Shown here in pieces: positions 1-13,025 of a stretch of 64,000 bases of DNA (position 1 is the first letter of the stretch; each line of letters starts with the position of its first letter). The stretch spans positions 106,516,001-106,580,000 of the forward strand of contig NC_043003.1 of the NCBI RefSeq assembly GCF_006345805.1. Reading direction: 5' to 3'. The stretch is from Octopus sinensis. Its lineage: Eukaryota. The notes beneath the pieces are model-generated. The model had not been told where the DNA came from. It searched no databases and saw only the letters and a list, made by a program, of their open reading frames with translations. The position numbers were made by a program, and so were the translations under genes.

Positions 1-281
1 TCTGATGAAACTTGACACACACATAGCCCAATGTCATAATTCAAAACTAACGCAGCGAAAATTTTGAAAAGTTCCCCCAGTTCTGAAAAAAATCGATAAA
101 TTCGACATGGGGTCGAGAATCAGAAACACAAACCACAGACTGTCTACGGGACGCAACTCGACCTTTTTAACTAAAAAAAATTTACCATAATTTTTTTTTC
201 CATTTTTTGGCTATAACTCTCTAAAAATGCTTTATAGTTATTTCCCTTACAAACCCGAGCAACGCCGGGCGATACTGCTAG
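1..281 (+). mobile_element. Helitron-like 3' end (runs off window start)
   Basis: Subterminal hairpin CCCGAGCAACGCCGGG, then CGATACTG-CTAG|T; near-identical second copy ends at 60978. Confidence 0.7.
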
Positions 282-839
282 TGCTTAATAAATACGTAGT
301 TTACAAAAAATATTGAGTAATTCTTCAGCTTAATGATTGATTGTTTTTATTATAACTCAACAAAAAAAATGTTTATACACACACATACATACATATATAC
401 ACACACACACACATACATACATACATACACACACAAACACACATACGTACGTACGTACAGTGCATGTGTGATGAAGAGCAGAGAACAAACAAAAACCCAA
501 CATGATTGGATAAATTCACAATCAAACTTATTAGTTTCACACTCAGCCAATGTCTGGAACGTGACAGCAATTAATTCTTTCCATGTCTTCGAAATAAAGC
601 GTAGAATGGAAAAAAGAAAAAACAAAAAGATGCAAAAAATAAAATGAAAGGAGCAATCCAGGTGAAAATACCTATGTTGAGCAGGTCTACACAAACATAT
701 ATACAGGTTTGTTCTCTTCTGTTTTTAATTGTTTGGACTTTTTCCTCTGAGGAAGGAGCTGGTTTCTAACAAAGCTCCATCATTGGAATGCAGAAAAATT
801 CCTATGTTGAACTCGAAAAAAGTCTTGCATATTTTAACT

Positions 840-1130
840 GTTCCACTTAGTGATTGTATTTGTATTGAGTGAATTGGTTGGTTTCTTTTTCTGAAAACCC
901 AAGATCGTCCTCATTGACTCACAAAGCCAAAGGCACCATTTTTTTATTAGTAAAAATGTGAATTTATATTCTGGATAAAGAAGCTGGAGGTTTCAAAGGA
1001 GTTGTCCATAGTTGTCCCTTTGATTTTTGAAGAGATATTCATATCAGCAGGAAAGCTGCTCTCTGTGACAGGACATGTTCTTTCTTGGCTATCCCAAACA
1101 ACGATGATGACATTTTGTCTGTCTTTATGT
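840..1130 (-). mobile_element. Degenerate restriction-like-endonuclease (R4/Dong-type) non-LTR retrotransposon C-terminal fragment
   Basis: Minus translation IIVVWDSQERTCPVTESSFPADMNISSKIK and, in another frame, NLQLLYPEYKFTF...GAFG resemble the REL endonuclease region. Confidence 0.55.
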
Positions 1131-1302
1131 TTTGAGTTCAAATTCTGCCATAGTCAACTATACCACTTATCTTCCTGGGGTTGATTTGACCAACCCCAGA
1201 AAGGTAAAGTACTACTTGAGCACTGGGGATGGTGTAATCAACTGCTTGCCTCTCCTGAAATTGCTGACCTTGTGCGAAAATTTGAAATTATTATTATTAT
1301 TA

Positions 1303-1842
1303 TTGAGTGAGAGAGCAGTGCATGCCATCAAAGTGACACTGAGGTAAAATATACGAAGCCAGTATACCCATCATGATTACCTGTATGATAAGGGTAACCA
1401 AGCATATGCATCACAACCATATGTGCGTGACACGGTGAACTCATATCAAGATAAACAGCACATGACCTTGCAGGTGGGGGCCCAATTAGAATTTTCTTCA
1501 GGTCGAGTAGTCCATCCTGCTCAAATGGTCTTTGAATAAGATTTGTTTAAAGATGCTGAATGAAACTCATGTTTCAAGAGGTGAATTATTCAAACCCCAA
1601 GGAATTCCTCTCAACACATAGCTATGATGCTCCCCTACTACTTCTGCTCATGATCAGAGATGCACATATCGCCAGCCACTAAGGGACATGTTCAATTGGT
1701 TAAGGTCAAACAACTGACAAGCAAATCTGTGGTATTGAGCAGAATATTTGCTGTAGCCCATCTTTTATACCAAGACAAAACAATGTACATGATAACACTT
1801 CCAAACAGCTAAGATCGGAAGCCATGAGAGCCACTGCCTGTT
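1303..1842 (-). mobile_element. Interspersed retroposon-like repeat ending in (TAA)n, unclassified
   Basis: Bounded by (TTA)n tracts on both sides; recognised as a common octopus-type repeat but no second copy in window. Confidence 0.4.
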
Positions 1843-2285
1843 TTAGTAATATTATTATTATTATTATAGTATACCAGCCTACCAGAAATGAAATATTCCG
1901 GCATTAAACTCAACACTAGAAAACTATAAAAGATTTGCTAATTTTACGGTGCTCTAACTACTTATAGACCGATGTCTTCTGGATTTCTTGTGGATCATTG
2001 GAATGATAAGTGTCTCAGTCATACAACATGAGAACTAGCAATAAAATACAAATTACCAAGCTTCTTTGGTGATTGTCCACCACAATGTCCACGTTACTGT
2101 TCATGAGAAATATATTTTAAAATATAGACATAGGTTTTAAATGTCATCCTAACGTATAATGTGACATACATTTAACCAAGATGACTAAAGAAAAGCTAAT
2201 TCAGTCGAGGCTGAAAGTGTTCGTATAGTATTTCGTAGCTCTATGATGATTTTGTTATCTTTAACTTAAGTGTTCTGAGATATGT

Positions 2286-2324
<39 letters not shown>

Positions 2325-2495
2325 TCATGATATATGTTGGCCAAGTCTACCTGAACATATTTGGCAACAACCCAGAGTATATATAGCACAAGTGTAAGAT
2401 ATTTAGTTCTGGTCAATTACACCAATGAACTGATGTTTTGTGTATCAAATTAAATCTAATTGGAGTTGAGGATTGATGATCAAGTAGTCTTCATC

Positions 2496-2600
2496 AGCAA
2501 ACAATCAATCAAGTAGTTTGCATAGCAACGAGCAATCAATCAAGTAGTTTGCATAGCAACGAGCAATCAATCAAATAGTTTCCATAGCAACAAACAATCA
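2496..2600. repeat. 30-bp tandem repeat (~3.5 units, CAATCAATCAAGTAGTTTGCATAGCAACGAG-like)
   Basis: Directly visible tandem copies. Confidence 0.85.
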
Positions 2601-3244
2601 CTCTTAAATAGAGGCACAATCTCTTTGAAGTACAGACTGGAAGAGATTAGAGTTTATAAGTCAAGTACTTTTTCCCCCCAAAACGAAGTTTAAGAAGTGA
2701 GACCCAAAGTGAAATACCTACCACAAAGAACTAAAACCAGGTCAGCCTCAGACTTGCTGAGAGCTTAATTAAATATCTTAATTAAATGTCTTGTCCAGGC
2801 ACAAGAGTAGGGGAGGGGGTAATGAATGTGTGTTTTTGTTTCTATCAAATAACCTCTTCGTTTCATGACCAAATGCCTCCTGTGTTGCAATTAATTTTGA
2901 AAATAAAGCGTTTGGATAGATTTACTAAAACAACCTTTACACTACTTTGGTGCAAGGAACATAACTTATAGTTTATATATAACATTACAATGGTGTTTAT
3001 TTGAAATAGTAACACTTTAAAACAGGGTGGGTTCCTGAGACAGCATCAAGGACAGTTAGAGGAATATTGTTATTAAAAGAGCCAAATGATGTGAAATAAC
3101 AACGAATGGATATCAAAGCCAAGTCATGGACTTGATTTTCTTAGCTTCTAAGAAGTGAAATGATTGTGTAACCATATGGAGGTATTGGATTAGCAACACA
3201 TAGGTTTTGAGTTCAAATCCACTGCTAGCATTTGGGTAGGATAC

Positions 3245-3473
3245 TTAACCCTTTAGCATTTAAACCGGCCAAATCCGGCCAAAAGTATTCTGCCTGTTTT
3301 ATGTTCAAACTGGCCAGATCTGGTCTCTCACACCAATCCTACAATATCGTTTTAAAAATTAACATCTGCCTCATCAAATTCTCATAGTTACAAGATAATG
3401 CATGATTAGTTCAAAACAATGTGGATTAAAAAGTATTAATCTTGGTAGAATAATGCGAACACTAAAGGGTTAA
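3245..3473. mobile_element. TTAA-flanked MITE family 1 (piggyBac-like ends)
   Basis: TTAA-CCCTTTAG...CTAAAGGG-TTAA; copies at 13721 and 54247. Confidence 0.8.
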
Positions 3474-3678
3474 ACTCTATTTAACTTTAGCTCACATGTT
3501 GGAAATAGGAAACACACCAGTTAAAAATGTTTCAGAAGATAGGCTGGTTTCCTCTCTCTAGAAAGAGAAGGAGATTTATCTCGTTTCAACCACTTTCTAC
3601 CTGCTGACTGGATTATGGCACCGGCCTTTCAAAGTTAAAATCCTTTACTGCCTTGTACATATAATAACACCTTGTATT

Positions 3679-4077
3679 AGGAGTGGCTGTGTGATAAGTA
3701 GCTTGCTAACCAACCACATGGTTCCGGGTTCAGTCCCACTGCGTGGCATCTTGGGCAAGTGTCTTCTGCTATAGCCCCGGGCCGACCAATGCCTTGTGAG
3801 TGGATTTGGTAGACGGAAACTGAAAGAAGCCTGTTGTATATATGTATATATATGTATGTGTGTGTTTGTGTATCTGTGTTTGTTCCCCTAGCATTGCTTG
3901 ACAACCGATGCTGGTGTGTCTACGTCCGCGTAACTTAGCGGTTCGGCAAAAGAGACCGATAGAATAAGTACTGGGCTTACAAAGAATAAGTCTCGGGATC
4001 GATTTGCTCGACTAAAGGCGGTGCTCCAGCATGGCCGCAGTCAAATGACTGAAACAAGTAAAAGAGTAAAAGAGTAA
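3679..4077 (+). mobile_element. tRNA-derived SINE family A, full length
   Basis: A box TGGCTGTGTGATAAG, B box GGTTCAGTCCC, internal (TA)/(TG) tract, tail (AGTAAAAG)n; about 20 copies in window. Confidence 0.9.
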
Positions 4078-4882
4078 CTGTGAGAAAGAAACTGATCTTA
4101 CAACTGAAGTTTTAGTATGATTCTATGCTATGCATGGTTGCAAGGTGTGTAGGATAATGCATTCTTATACAGACGACATGAAACCTCAAATTTTTTTAGA
4201 GGGGGGGGAGGAAGAAATTGGCAGATGTAATACTTATGTTTCTCAAGGAAGATCGGTGAAAACTAATGGGTTGAAGAGGAACTTGAAATTGAGATAAAAT
4301 TAAAAAAGAAAAAAATCTGCTTCACACCAATTACAGTAATAATAATAATAATAATAATAATAAAATTGAGAAAGTCCATTTTCTGTCTTTTACTCTTCCC
4401 TCTTCATTTTTTGTTTTTTTTCTTTCTTTCTTTTTTTTTTTTTTACTCAGTTTTTATTCATTTATTATTTTATTCCTATTTTTACTCTTCACCTCAAACT
4501 TTCTCATTTCTGCAAGGAAAACATTAGCAGACAGCATCTAAATGCCAAATGTGAATCTAAAATCTTAACCAGCCTAGAATGATGGTAGGTTTCCTATTTA
4601 GAATTATTGATAAACAGGTCTTGAGAAACGAAAATCAGGCCGAGAAGCTGCAGTTACAGAAATATTAAAAAGATAAATGTGACAGGAAGCTTTTAATAGA
4701 ATAATCATCCCAAAAATCCAACCAGAAAGCATTAGAATAGTCAAACTATCATGGATTTTATTCAGAATTAACTCATCAAAGAAGGAAAGGCAAAACTCGG
4801 AGCTTATTCAGAACTTCTCAGATGTGGCACAGGTTATTCTGTCAGGTGTAATGCTTTTTTTATTCACTGTATTTTGAATTAC

Positions 4883-5680
4883 GTGCTAGTGAGGTGCAAA
4901 GAGCACCATACGAGTGTGATCATTGACAAAGCGGCTAACTGGCCTCCGTGCCAGTGACACTTAAAAGACACCATTCGAGTGTGATCATTACCAGCGTCGC
5001 ATTACTGGCACTCGAGCCCCGTGCTAGTAGGGTATTAAGAGCACTATCCGAGCGTAATCGTTGCCAGAGTGGCTATCTGGCCTCCATGCCAGTGGCACAT
5101 AAAAGAGACCATTCGAGCGTGATCGTTACCAGCGTCGCATTACTGGCACTCGAGCCCCGTGCTAGTAGGGTATTAAGAGCACCATCCGAGCGTAATCGTT
5201 GCCAGAGTGGCTATCTGGCCTCCATGCCAGTGGCACGTAAAAGAGACCATTCGAGCGTGATCGTTACCAGCGTCGCATTACTGGCACTCGAGCCCCGTGC
5301 TAGTAGGGTATTAAGAGCACCATCTGAGCGTGATCGTTGCCAGAGCAGCTATCTGGCCTCCGTGCCGGTGGCACGTAAAAGACACCATTCAAGCGCGATC
5401 GTTACCAGCAGCGCCTTACTGGCACCTGTACCAGTGGCATGTGTAAAAGATCCAAGCGAGATCATTGCCAGTGCCGCCTGACTGGCCCCGTGCCAGTGGC
5501 ACGTAAAAGCACCCACTACACTCTCAGAGTGGTTGGCGTTAGGAAGGGCATCCAGCTGTAGAAACACTGCCAGATCAGACTGGAGTCTGGTGCAGCCATC
5601 TGGTTCGCCAGATCCTCAGTCATACGTCCAACCCATGGTAGCATGGAAAGCAGACGTTAAACGATGATGATGATGATGAT
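4883..5680 (+). mobile_element. RTE 3'-UTR-derived element (family C) with internal 138-bp tandem array and (GAT)n tail
   Basis: CCATTC(G/A)AG recurs at 4971/5109/5247/5385; 3' end GGAAGGGCATCCAGCTGTAGAAAC...GACGTTAAAC(GAT)n shared with RTE remnant at 61596-62188. Confidence 0.8.
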
Positions 5681-7675
5681 CATAGCTTCGAAATTTCAAT
5701 GATGTCAGTGTTTATTTTTAGAATGATATTGTAGAGTAGGTACAAGAGACCAGATCTGGCTGATTTGAACATAAAATAGATTGAATGTTTGAACCGGTTA
5801 TGACCAGTTAAAATGTTAGAGGACTCATTCCAGTTTCTATACGTTTTAACACTGAACAGATGAGAAATAATTTTTCCAGCCTGTTTCAATGAGCATTGCT
5901 TGAAGGTCTGGAACCTGAAGCCTCAACAGTCACTTGAACTGCTAGAAATACTAGGCAAATCCCCACCCTATCAAATTATTGTACTCTTCTGTCTTAAACA
6001 AAAAGAGAAAGATAAAGTTGCCCTAGATACATTATGTATGGCAGTGATGTGGTGGTGGAGATCCTATTTCATAGTTGTAATGGCTTTGAGCAGAGATTTA
6101 TATCAGCAGGGTTGACCTAGAAGTAAACATCAGCAGTTGGTTCTTCCATTATAAATTTGACTGATCAAAGCTGACTTCAGGCTAAATAACAACAACATGT
6201 AGCAAAATATTAATGTAGTAAAAAAAAACCCAAAAAAAACCCAGGTTATTGAGGTTTCAAATAAAAAAGTATAAATATAAACAACAGTCCTGATCAAACA
6301 AACCTATGATCAGAGGCCTTCCAACTGTGACAATCCCATCTTTTTAATGTGCTGTGTTGAGGATTATATTTTTGAAAACGTTTTTGTTATATTTCTGTTG
6401 AAATTCACTGCTTTTGTTTCAATTAATTTCAGGAATAATGAAGAACTTAGTAGAATAACTCTATCATTATTCAGCTGTTGTTTGGAACATAAATTAATAT
6501 AAAATTTTTATGTAAGCTTTGAATTCTGATCATTTTAAAACAAATTGTAACACAAAAACAAGAGTTGTGTCAGACAGGCTGACATCAAAAGATTTGAAGT
6601 ACTCTTGTGATATGAGGGAAATTTGCTTGTTATTTCTAGCATGTTGGCTTGACTGGTGCAGAAGTAAAAATCAAAATTAAAAAAAAAAAAAAATGGGAAA
6701 ATGTTCTGTGGGAAGAAAGTAAGAATGAGAAGAAGAAAGAAAAGTTTATTGGAGAAGTTATGAAATTATATAAATAGATGAAGATTAGAGGTTGTTATAT
6801 TTCATGAGATTCTGAAGTAAAAGGTTAGAGGAAAATACCAGGGAATGACATGGAAGCGAGAAAATGGCAAATGTTGACTTGAATTGAGTAATATCACTTT
6901 AATGTAAACTAGTAGCCTCAATCACCAAATGTAAATGTGAATCACCACCACCATCATCATCACTCACCACCACCTTAACGCTATTACCATCACCATCATT
7001 ATTAATTTCTCTTGCATGAGGTGGATGGGTGTTGCAGAATGACATATCACGTTTCCTTTCCATCCTGTGCCATCTTGTCTGTGAGCCTCGGATATCATCG
7101 TAGATAACCATAACCCTGTCCACCATTTCATTAGCTTTCCTTTTTTTCTCATCCTTTCAAACAACCATTAATCCACTACAAAGCTCAAACAAGACATACA
7201 ACAGACTACCATTGCAGCTCCCGCAACTAGAATACTGCTGCAGTTACACGTACAGACATCCTAGCCTCTCAACCAATGAAGCTACTGCAACCACTGACCC
7301 ACTGGCTTGCTGCTGTCTCTTTTTCCTACCTTTTGTACCACCACTACAACAGCAGCAGCTCCTCAGACTCAGCTTGGCTCAAGTCTTCTCTACTTAAGAC
7401 CTCCCAACCCATTTGACACAGGGACCACAACTACAATTTCCATTTGATTGTGATTTGATCTGATGTTGATGTACTTGACTCAATAGCTCTTCTCAAGCAT
7501 GGCATGTCCCCTTACGATCCAAGGTACTTTTTAAGTGGGCTGGTTATGTGACACTGGTATATATTTTATTTTTGATCTTCTAAATAAATGAAGATTTATC
7601 CCTTTGTTTTGCTACTCTTCTGTGCATGTAATGAGAAAGATACATTGCGGAATTCTTATTTTAACAAGTCATATG

Positions 7676-7789
7676 TATTTATAACCCGTTAAGACACATC
7701 TGTACCGCCTGATGCTCCTGAACCAGTTGTTAAATGTGTCATGTGAGGAATCGGTGCTAGATGTGTCGAAACAATTGTCGTGATAAATA
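7676..7789 (+). ncRNA. Degenerate hammerhead-like motif with long stem II
   Basis: Stem I TATTTATAAC/GTGATAAATA, stem II GACACATCT/AGATGTGTC, GAAAC-AATT-GTC; 5' core decayed (CCGTTAA). Confidence 0.45.
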
Positions 7790-8188
7790 AAAATTCTTGT
7801 ATCTTCCATTTACCATATATATGTATACACACACACACACACATTTACACATAAAAGCAAAGTTCTCTATATTATTATGAAAACTTTCAAGTAAACTGTA
7901 TCCAATAATTGCTAATTTTAAGATGTTATACGTCACCCATAGTTATGAATCCTTAGTAAAATCTGGGAGAGCCGAGACAAAGAAATTGTGAATTTGAAAG
8001 TTATTTATGTTTCCAAATAAAACAAAAGTGACAACAGACAATTAAGGAAACCCCTTTCATCATTGATGATACAAATTAATAAAAGTAAAGATTTTTGTGT
8101 CTACAGGAGAAATCTAAAATAAAGGAGTGGCATAAGTTGCCGGAAATGAACCAGCGCTATTCTTCAGGAAATATTTCTCAATGACTAT

Positions 8189-8775
8189 AGGTGCAGGCGT
8201 GGCTGTGTGGCAAGAAGCTTGTTCCTCAACCACAAGGCTCCAGGTTCAATACCTATTTCTTTACTACCCACAAGGGGCTAAACACAGAAGGAACAAACAA
8301 GGACAGACAAACGGATTAAGTCGATTACACTGACCCCAGTGCGTAACTGGTACTTATTTAATCGACCCCGAAAGGATGAAAGGCAAAGTCGACCTCGGCG
8401 AAATTTGAACTCAGAACGTAACGGCAGACGAAATACCGCTAAGCATTTCGCCCGGTGTGCTAACGTTTCTGCCAGCTCGCCGGGTTCAATACCATTGCAT
8501 GGCACCTTGAGCAAGTGTCTCCTGCTATAGCCTCAGACCAACCAAAGCCTTGTGAATAGATTTGGTAGATGGAAACTGAAAGATGCTGGTCATGCACACA
8601 TGCACACACACGTACGCACATGCACACACACACCTATAAATATCTATGAGTGTGTGCGGGTGTGTGTGTTTGTTCACTGCCATGGCTTGACAACTGGTGC
8701 TGGTGTGTTTATGCCCTCATGACATAGCAGTTTGGCAAAAGAGACCGATAGAATAAGTAGCAGGCTTAGAAATAA
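8189..8775 (+). mobile_element. SINE A, older copy, interrupted by SINE B
   Basis: Homology to family A on both sides of 8254-8482. Confidence 0.8.
8254..8482 (-). mobile_element. tRNA-derived SINE family B inserted in the SINE A B-box
   Basis: Head GGCGAGCTGGCAGAAACGTTAG, GAGTTCAAATT; TSD GGTTCAATACC at 8243-8253 and 8483-8493. Confidence 0.9.
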
Positions 8776-9331
8776 ACGATGTTTGGAACATAACTTAGCA
8801 AAAGGTTTTTACATAAAGTGATGAGTTGTGGCTGTGTGCAAAGACATTTGCTTCCCATCCGAATGGCTCTGGGTTCAGTCCAGCTGCGGAGCATCTTGGG
8901 TATGTCTTCTGCAAACTTTGTGAATGGATTTAGTGGATGGAAACATATGTGTGTATATGTATGAGTGAGTGTATGTTTGTGTCTATTTGTCTGGACATCC
9001 TGTGATTATTCTAAATTAACGTTATTCATTTCTAATCTATATTGAAAACATATCTGTCCATAAGGAGATATATTACCTTGCTTGGGAGCAGGTAAAAGTT
9101 GGTGACAGGAAGGGCATCCAGATGTAGAAAATCTGCCTTCATAACCTCCATCCAACCCATGAAGAGATGGAAAAGTGGATGTTAAACACCAACATAATTT
9201 TCTTATCTTCAAGGCTGCATCGTTAAATTAACCCAGGTGATCATTATATGAGCTTTAAAGGTTTTTTTATATTTTTCATCAACAAGAAGTTTATACAAGA
9301 ATTTTAATAAAATTTTAAAACATTCAAAGAC

Positions 9332-9497
9332 AGGCGCAGGAGTGGCTGTGTGGTAAGTAGCTTGCTAACCAACTACATGGTTCTGGGTTCAGTCCCACTG
9401 CGTGGCATCTTGAGCAAGTGTCCTCTGCTATAGCCCCGGGCCGACCAATGCCTTGTGAGTGGATTTGGTAGACGGAAACTGAAAGAAGCCTGTCGTA

Positions 9498-9535
<38 letters not shown>

Positions 9536-9748
9536 TGTGTGTGTTTGTGTGTCTGTGTTTGTCCCCCTAGCATTGCTTGACAACCGATGCTGGTGTGTTT
9601 ACGTCCCCGTCACTTAGCGGTTCGGCAAAAGAGACCGATAGAATAAGCACTGGGCTTACAAAGAATAAGTCCCAGGGTCGATTTGCTCGACTAAAGGCAG
9701 TGCTCCAGCATGGCTGCAGTCAAAATGACTGAAACAAGTAAAAGAGTA
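9332..9748 (+). mobile_element. SINE A, full length
   Basis: Near-identical to 3679-4077. Confidence 0.9.
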
Positions 9749-10361
9749 TATTTGATGTAAATGCAACTGCAAAATGGATTTCTTTTCTTGATGTATATGC
9801 ATTTCAATTGCATATGCAAGCCGTCATAGAAACAAGTCTTACAGAAGACAATTCAAAATCATTTCAAAAAAAGATAAAACTATTACAAAGCTTTGAAACC
9901 CATCAATTAAATACTTGGTAAAAGCCCCAGATGATACAAAGAAAAAAAAAAGACTAAAAATTGGTTGGCTATTAATGCTAAAGTGAAAGTGAAAGTAATG
10001 ATGAAAAACAGTGTAGGAAATGTGTGAAGCTGTACCTGATGAAGACTCAGAAATAGCACCAGGGAATGAAAGAAATCAACAAGAACATTCAGAAGTCTTG
10101 CAACTGGTGCTTAGATGTGAGAAATTCTAAAAGTCATCTGACATGGTTTGCAACACCAACCAGCAGAATTTCAAATGTAAATAGAGTATGAACACCATAT
10201 TATGAATTAATAACTTCAAACCAAATAATAATTTCAAATTTTAAAAATATTTATTGGTTTTGATAATGAACATAAATTGGACCAGTGGAAATTTCATAGA
10301 TAGAGGACTTCTCACTATAAACACAGAATATTGAATGCGTATATTAATCTAGGGATATATA

Positions 10362-10744
10362 TCTTTTATCTTTTACTTGTTTGAGTCATTAGACTGTGGC
10401 CATGCTGGGGCACCACCTTGAAGTTTTAGTTGAATGAACCAACCCCAGGACTTTTTTTCTTTTTTTAAGCCAGGTACTTATTCTACTCTTCTGCAGAACT
10501 GCTAGGTTATGGGGATGTAAACACACCAACACCAGTTGTCAAGTGATGGTGAGGGGAACAAACACACACACACGTGTGTGTAGATCCAAAGACAAATGCA
10601 CAGTATTGCCGATGATGCCTAGTGGCCATAAGTGGTGAATGTGCTCTGCGGACCCACTACCTGGGACTTACCTTGAAACAAGGTTTGAATAATGTATTTA
10701 ATGCCTACTTTCTAAACCTCAATTCTTTAATTTTCAATTGAATT

Positions 10745-10778
<34 letters not shown>

Positions 10779-10950
10779 ATATATATATGACAGGTTTCCT
10801 TCAGTTTCCATCTACCAAATCCATTGAAAAAGGCTTTGGTCATCCCAAGGCTATAGTAGAAGACACTTGCCTGAGGTGCCTCACAATGGGACTGAACCTG
10901 GAACCATGTGGTTTGGAAGTAAACTTCTTACCACGCAGCCTTGCTGGCAT
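10362..10950 (-). mobile_element. SINE A, diverged, with unrelated ~170-bp insert near 10575-10745
   Basis: Reverse-complement homology to family A. Confidence 0.75.
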
Positions 10951-11105
10951 CTGAATACAGTATTTCATTCACACATGAAGATTCTCATCTTTAGTTTCAA
11001 GTGTTAGCTAAGTTGACAGTTAATCCATTTAAACAGGGTTTTTAGCTTTAACCCCTTTAATGAGATTGAGTGATTTGAGCCTTTTTTTAAAAATATTATT
11101 TACAT

Positions 11106-11450
11106 TTACTCTTTACTCTTTTACTTGTTTCAGTCATTTGACTGCGGCCATGCTGGAGCACCGCCTTTAGTCGAGCAACTCGACCCCGGGACTTATTCTT
11201 TGTAAGCCTAGTACTTATTCTATCGGTCTGTTTTGCCGAACCGCTAAGTGACGGGGACATAAACACACCACCATCGGTTGTCAAGCAATGCTAGGGGGAC
11301 AAACACAGATACACAAACACACACACGCATATATATATATATATATATATACATATATACGACGGGCTTCTTTCAGTTTCCGTCTACCAAATCCACTCAC
11401 AAGGCTTTGGTCGGCCTGAGGCTATAGTAGAAGACACTTGTCCAAGGTGC
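11106..11450 (-). mobile_element. SINE A, 5'-truncated
   Basis: Reverse-complement homology to family A. Confidence 0.9.
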
Positions 11451-11602
11451 TAATATTTCATGGTTTTTAGTATTTGACAGGATAATACAAATTAAATAAA
11501 AAATAGATTAATTAACTTGTTTTTTGAAAATGCATAAAAAAAATTAGCCCAGTAAAGAATAATAAAAAAGAAGTAAAAAGAAAAACTAAAAAGATAATAA
11601 AC

Positions 11603-11774
11603 AGGCGCAGGAGTGGCTGTGTGGTAAGTAGCTTGTTTACCAACCACATGGTTTCGGGTTCAGTCCCACTGCGTGGCACCTTGGGTAAGTGTCTTCTACT
11701 ATAGCCTCGGGCCGACCAAAGCCTTGTGAGTGGATTTGGTAGACGGAAACTGAAAGAAGCCCGTCGCATATATG

Positions 11775-11807
<33 letters not shown>

Positions 11808-12008
11808 CTGTGTTTGTCCCCCTAGCATTGCTTGACAACTGATGCTGGTGTGTTTATGTCCCCGTCACTTAGCGGTTCGACAAAAAAAAAACCGATAGAA
11901 TAAGTACTGGGCTTACAAAAGAATAAGTCCCGGGGTCGAGTTGCTCGATTAAAGGCGGTGCTCCAGCATGGCTGCAGTCAAATGACTGAAACAAGTAAAA
12001 GAGAAAGA
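11603..12008 (+). mobile_element. SINE A, full length
   Basis: Homology to family A. Confidence 0.9.
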
Positions 12009-12749
12009 TTTGCTTAAATGGTAAGATAAAAATATTTCCCTGCCAATGAAATTCTGTTCTCTCTGCATGTTAGCATGGAAAAGTTAATTTTAAGCTAACA
12101 AATACGTATATATAGGAATATTTGTGAAAAAGTACATTAGCCAAAAGACATATATGAAAAAAACATATTTGTAGAAAGACAAATTGAACAAAAATATACT
12201 GGTCAAAGAAATGGTAGAATACTCATTAAAATTTTAATATTTTTTCAAAGAAATAGATAAAAAGTAATGCAATGATTTATTGATATTTTAATCACTTGTC
12301 ATAATGTTCTTACAGTCCTAAGATTTATAAATTACCAATATATATATTTGTAGGAATCAAAAGATTATATAGAACCTACAGAATGTTATATCAGGTTGAG
12401 GAAGTTATTAACAATAATGATAAGACATAAACATTGAGGTTACAAAATCATTAGTGTTCTTTAACGATATATGCTAGGTGTAGATTTACTATCCTAGAGT
12501 GACTGCTTAAGAATCAGTCATGTAGAAATATCAAATATATTGTTCTGGTCATGTGACTATATTAGAAACTGTTATTATAGGGACAATGGGTGATGGGGGG
12601 AGAATGTGATACAAAACAAGTAGCAGCCCTTAGTTATGCCTTCGGGCTCTGAGATGAAATTCTGCCACTATCAACATTTGGCTGTCATCCTTTATAGACC
12701 AATGAAATAAATACCAACCAAATTATTAGATCCCCACCCCAAAGTCCAG

Positions 12750-13025
12750 TCCTTGTTGCAGTGTGGTAGCTTCTATGTCTCAACGACCTTGTGAGTTAGG
12801 CCAAGGGAGCAGAAGCTCTTGGTAGGGGCCTCCCATGCTGGGCAGGTCAAAGGATAGGGGCCAAACTAATATGGGTCACCTCTTGCCAGAGATAAAAATA
12901 GGTTTGTGTAGGGCCAACACCCTTACCTAGAACAAAAACAAGGTTACAGAAGCATTGATGACAATTCAAAACTAACAAAAGCGCAGAGTTCCCTATGTTC
13001 TAAAGGGAGTAAAGGTTTTAAGTAA
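12750..13025 (+). mobile_element. Short bipartite RTE-derived non-autonomous element (5' UTR joined to 3' tail)
   Basis: CTCTTGGTAGGGGCCTCCCATGCTGGGCAGGTC resembles RTE 5' UTRs; CCCTATGTTCTAAAGGGAGTAAAGGTTTTAAGTAA resembles an RTE 3' stem-loop tail. Confidence 0.5.

Noticed and set aside
4517-4590. Plus-strand exon after a long pyrimidine tract
   Set aside because: Stops in all three frames before the donor
4948-5481. 177-aa repeat protein ORF
   Set aside because: 138-bp tandem repeat within a retroposon UTR
10596-10650. CCGATGA-TGCC-TAGT-GGC hammerhead-like start in the SINE insert
   Set aside because: No GAAA or stem III follows
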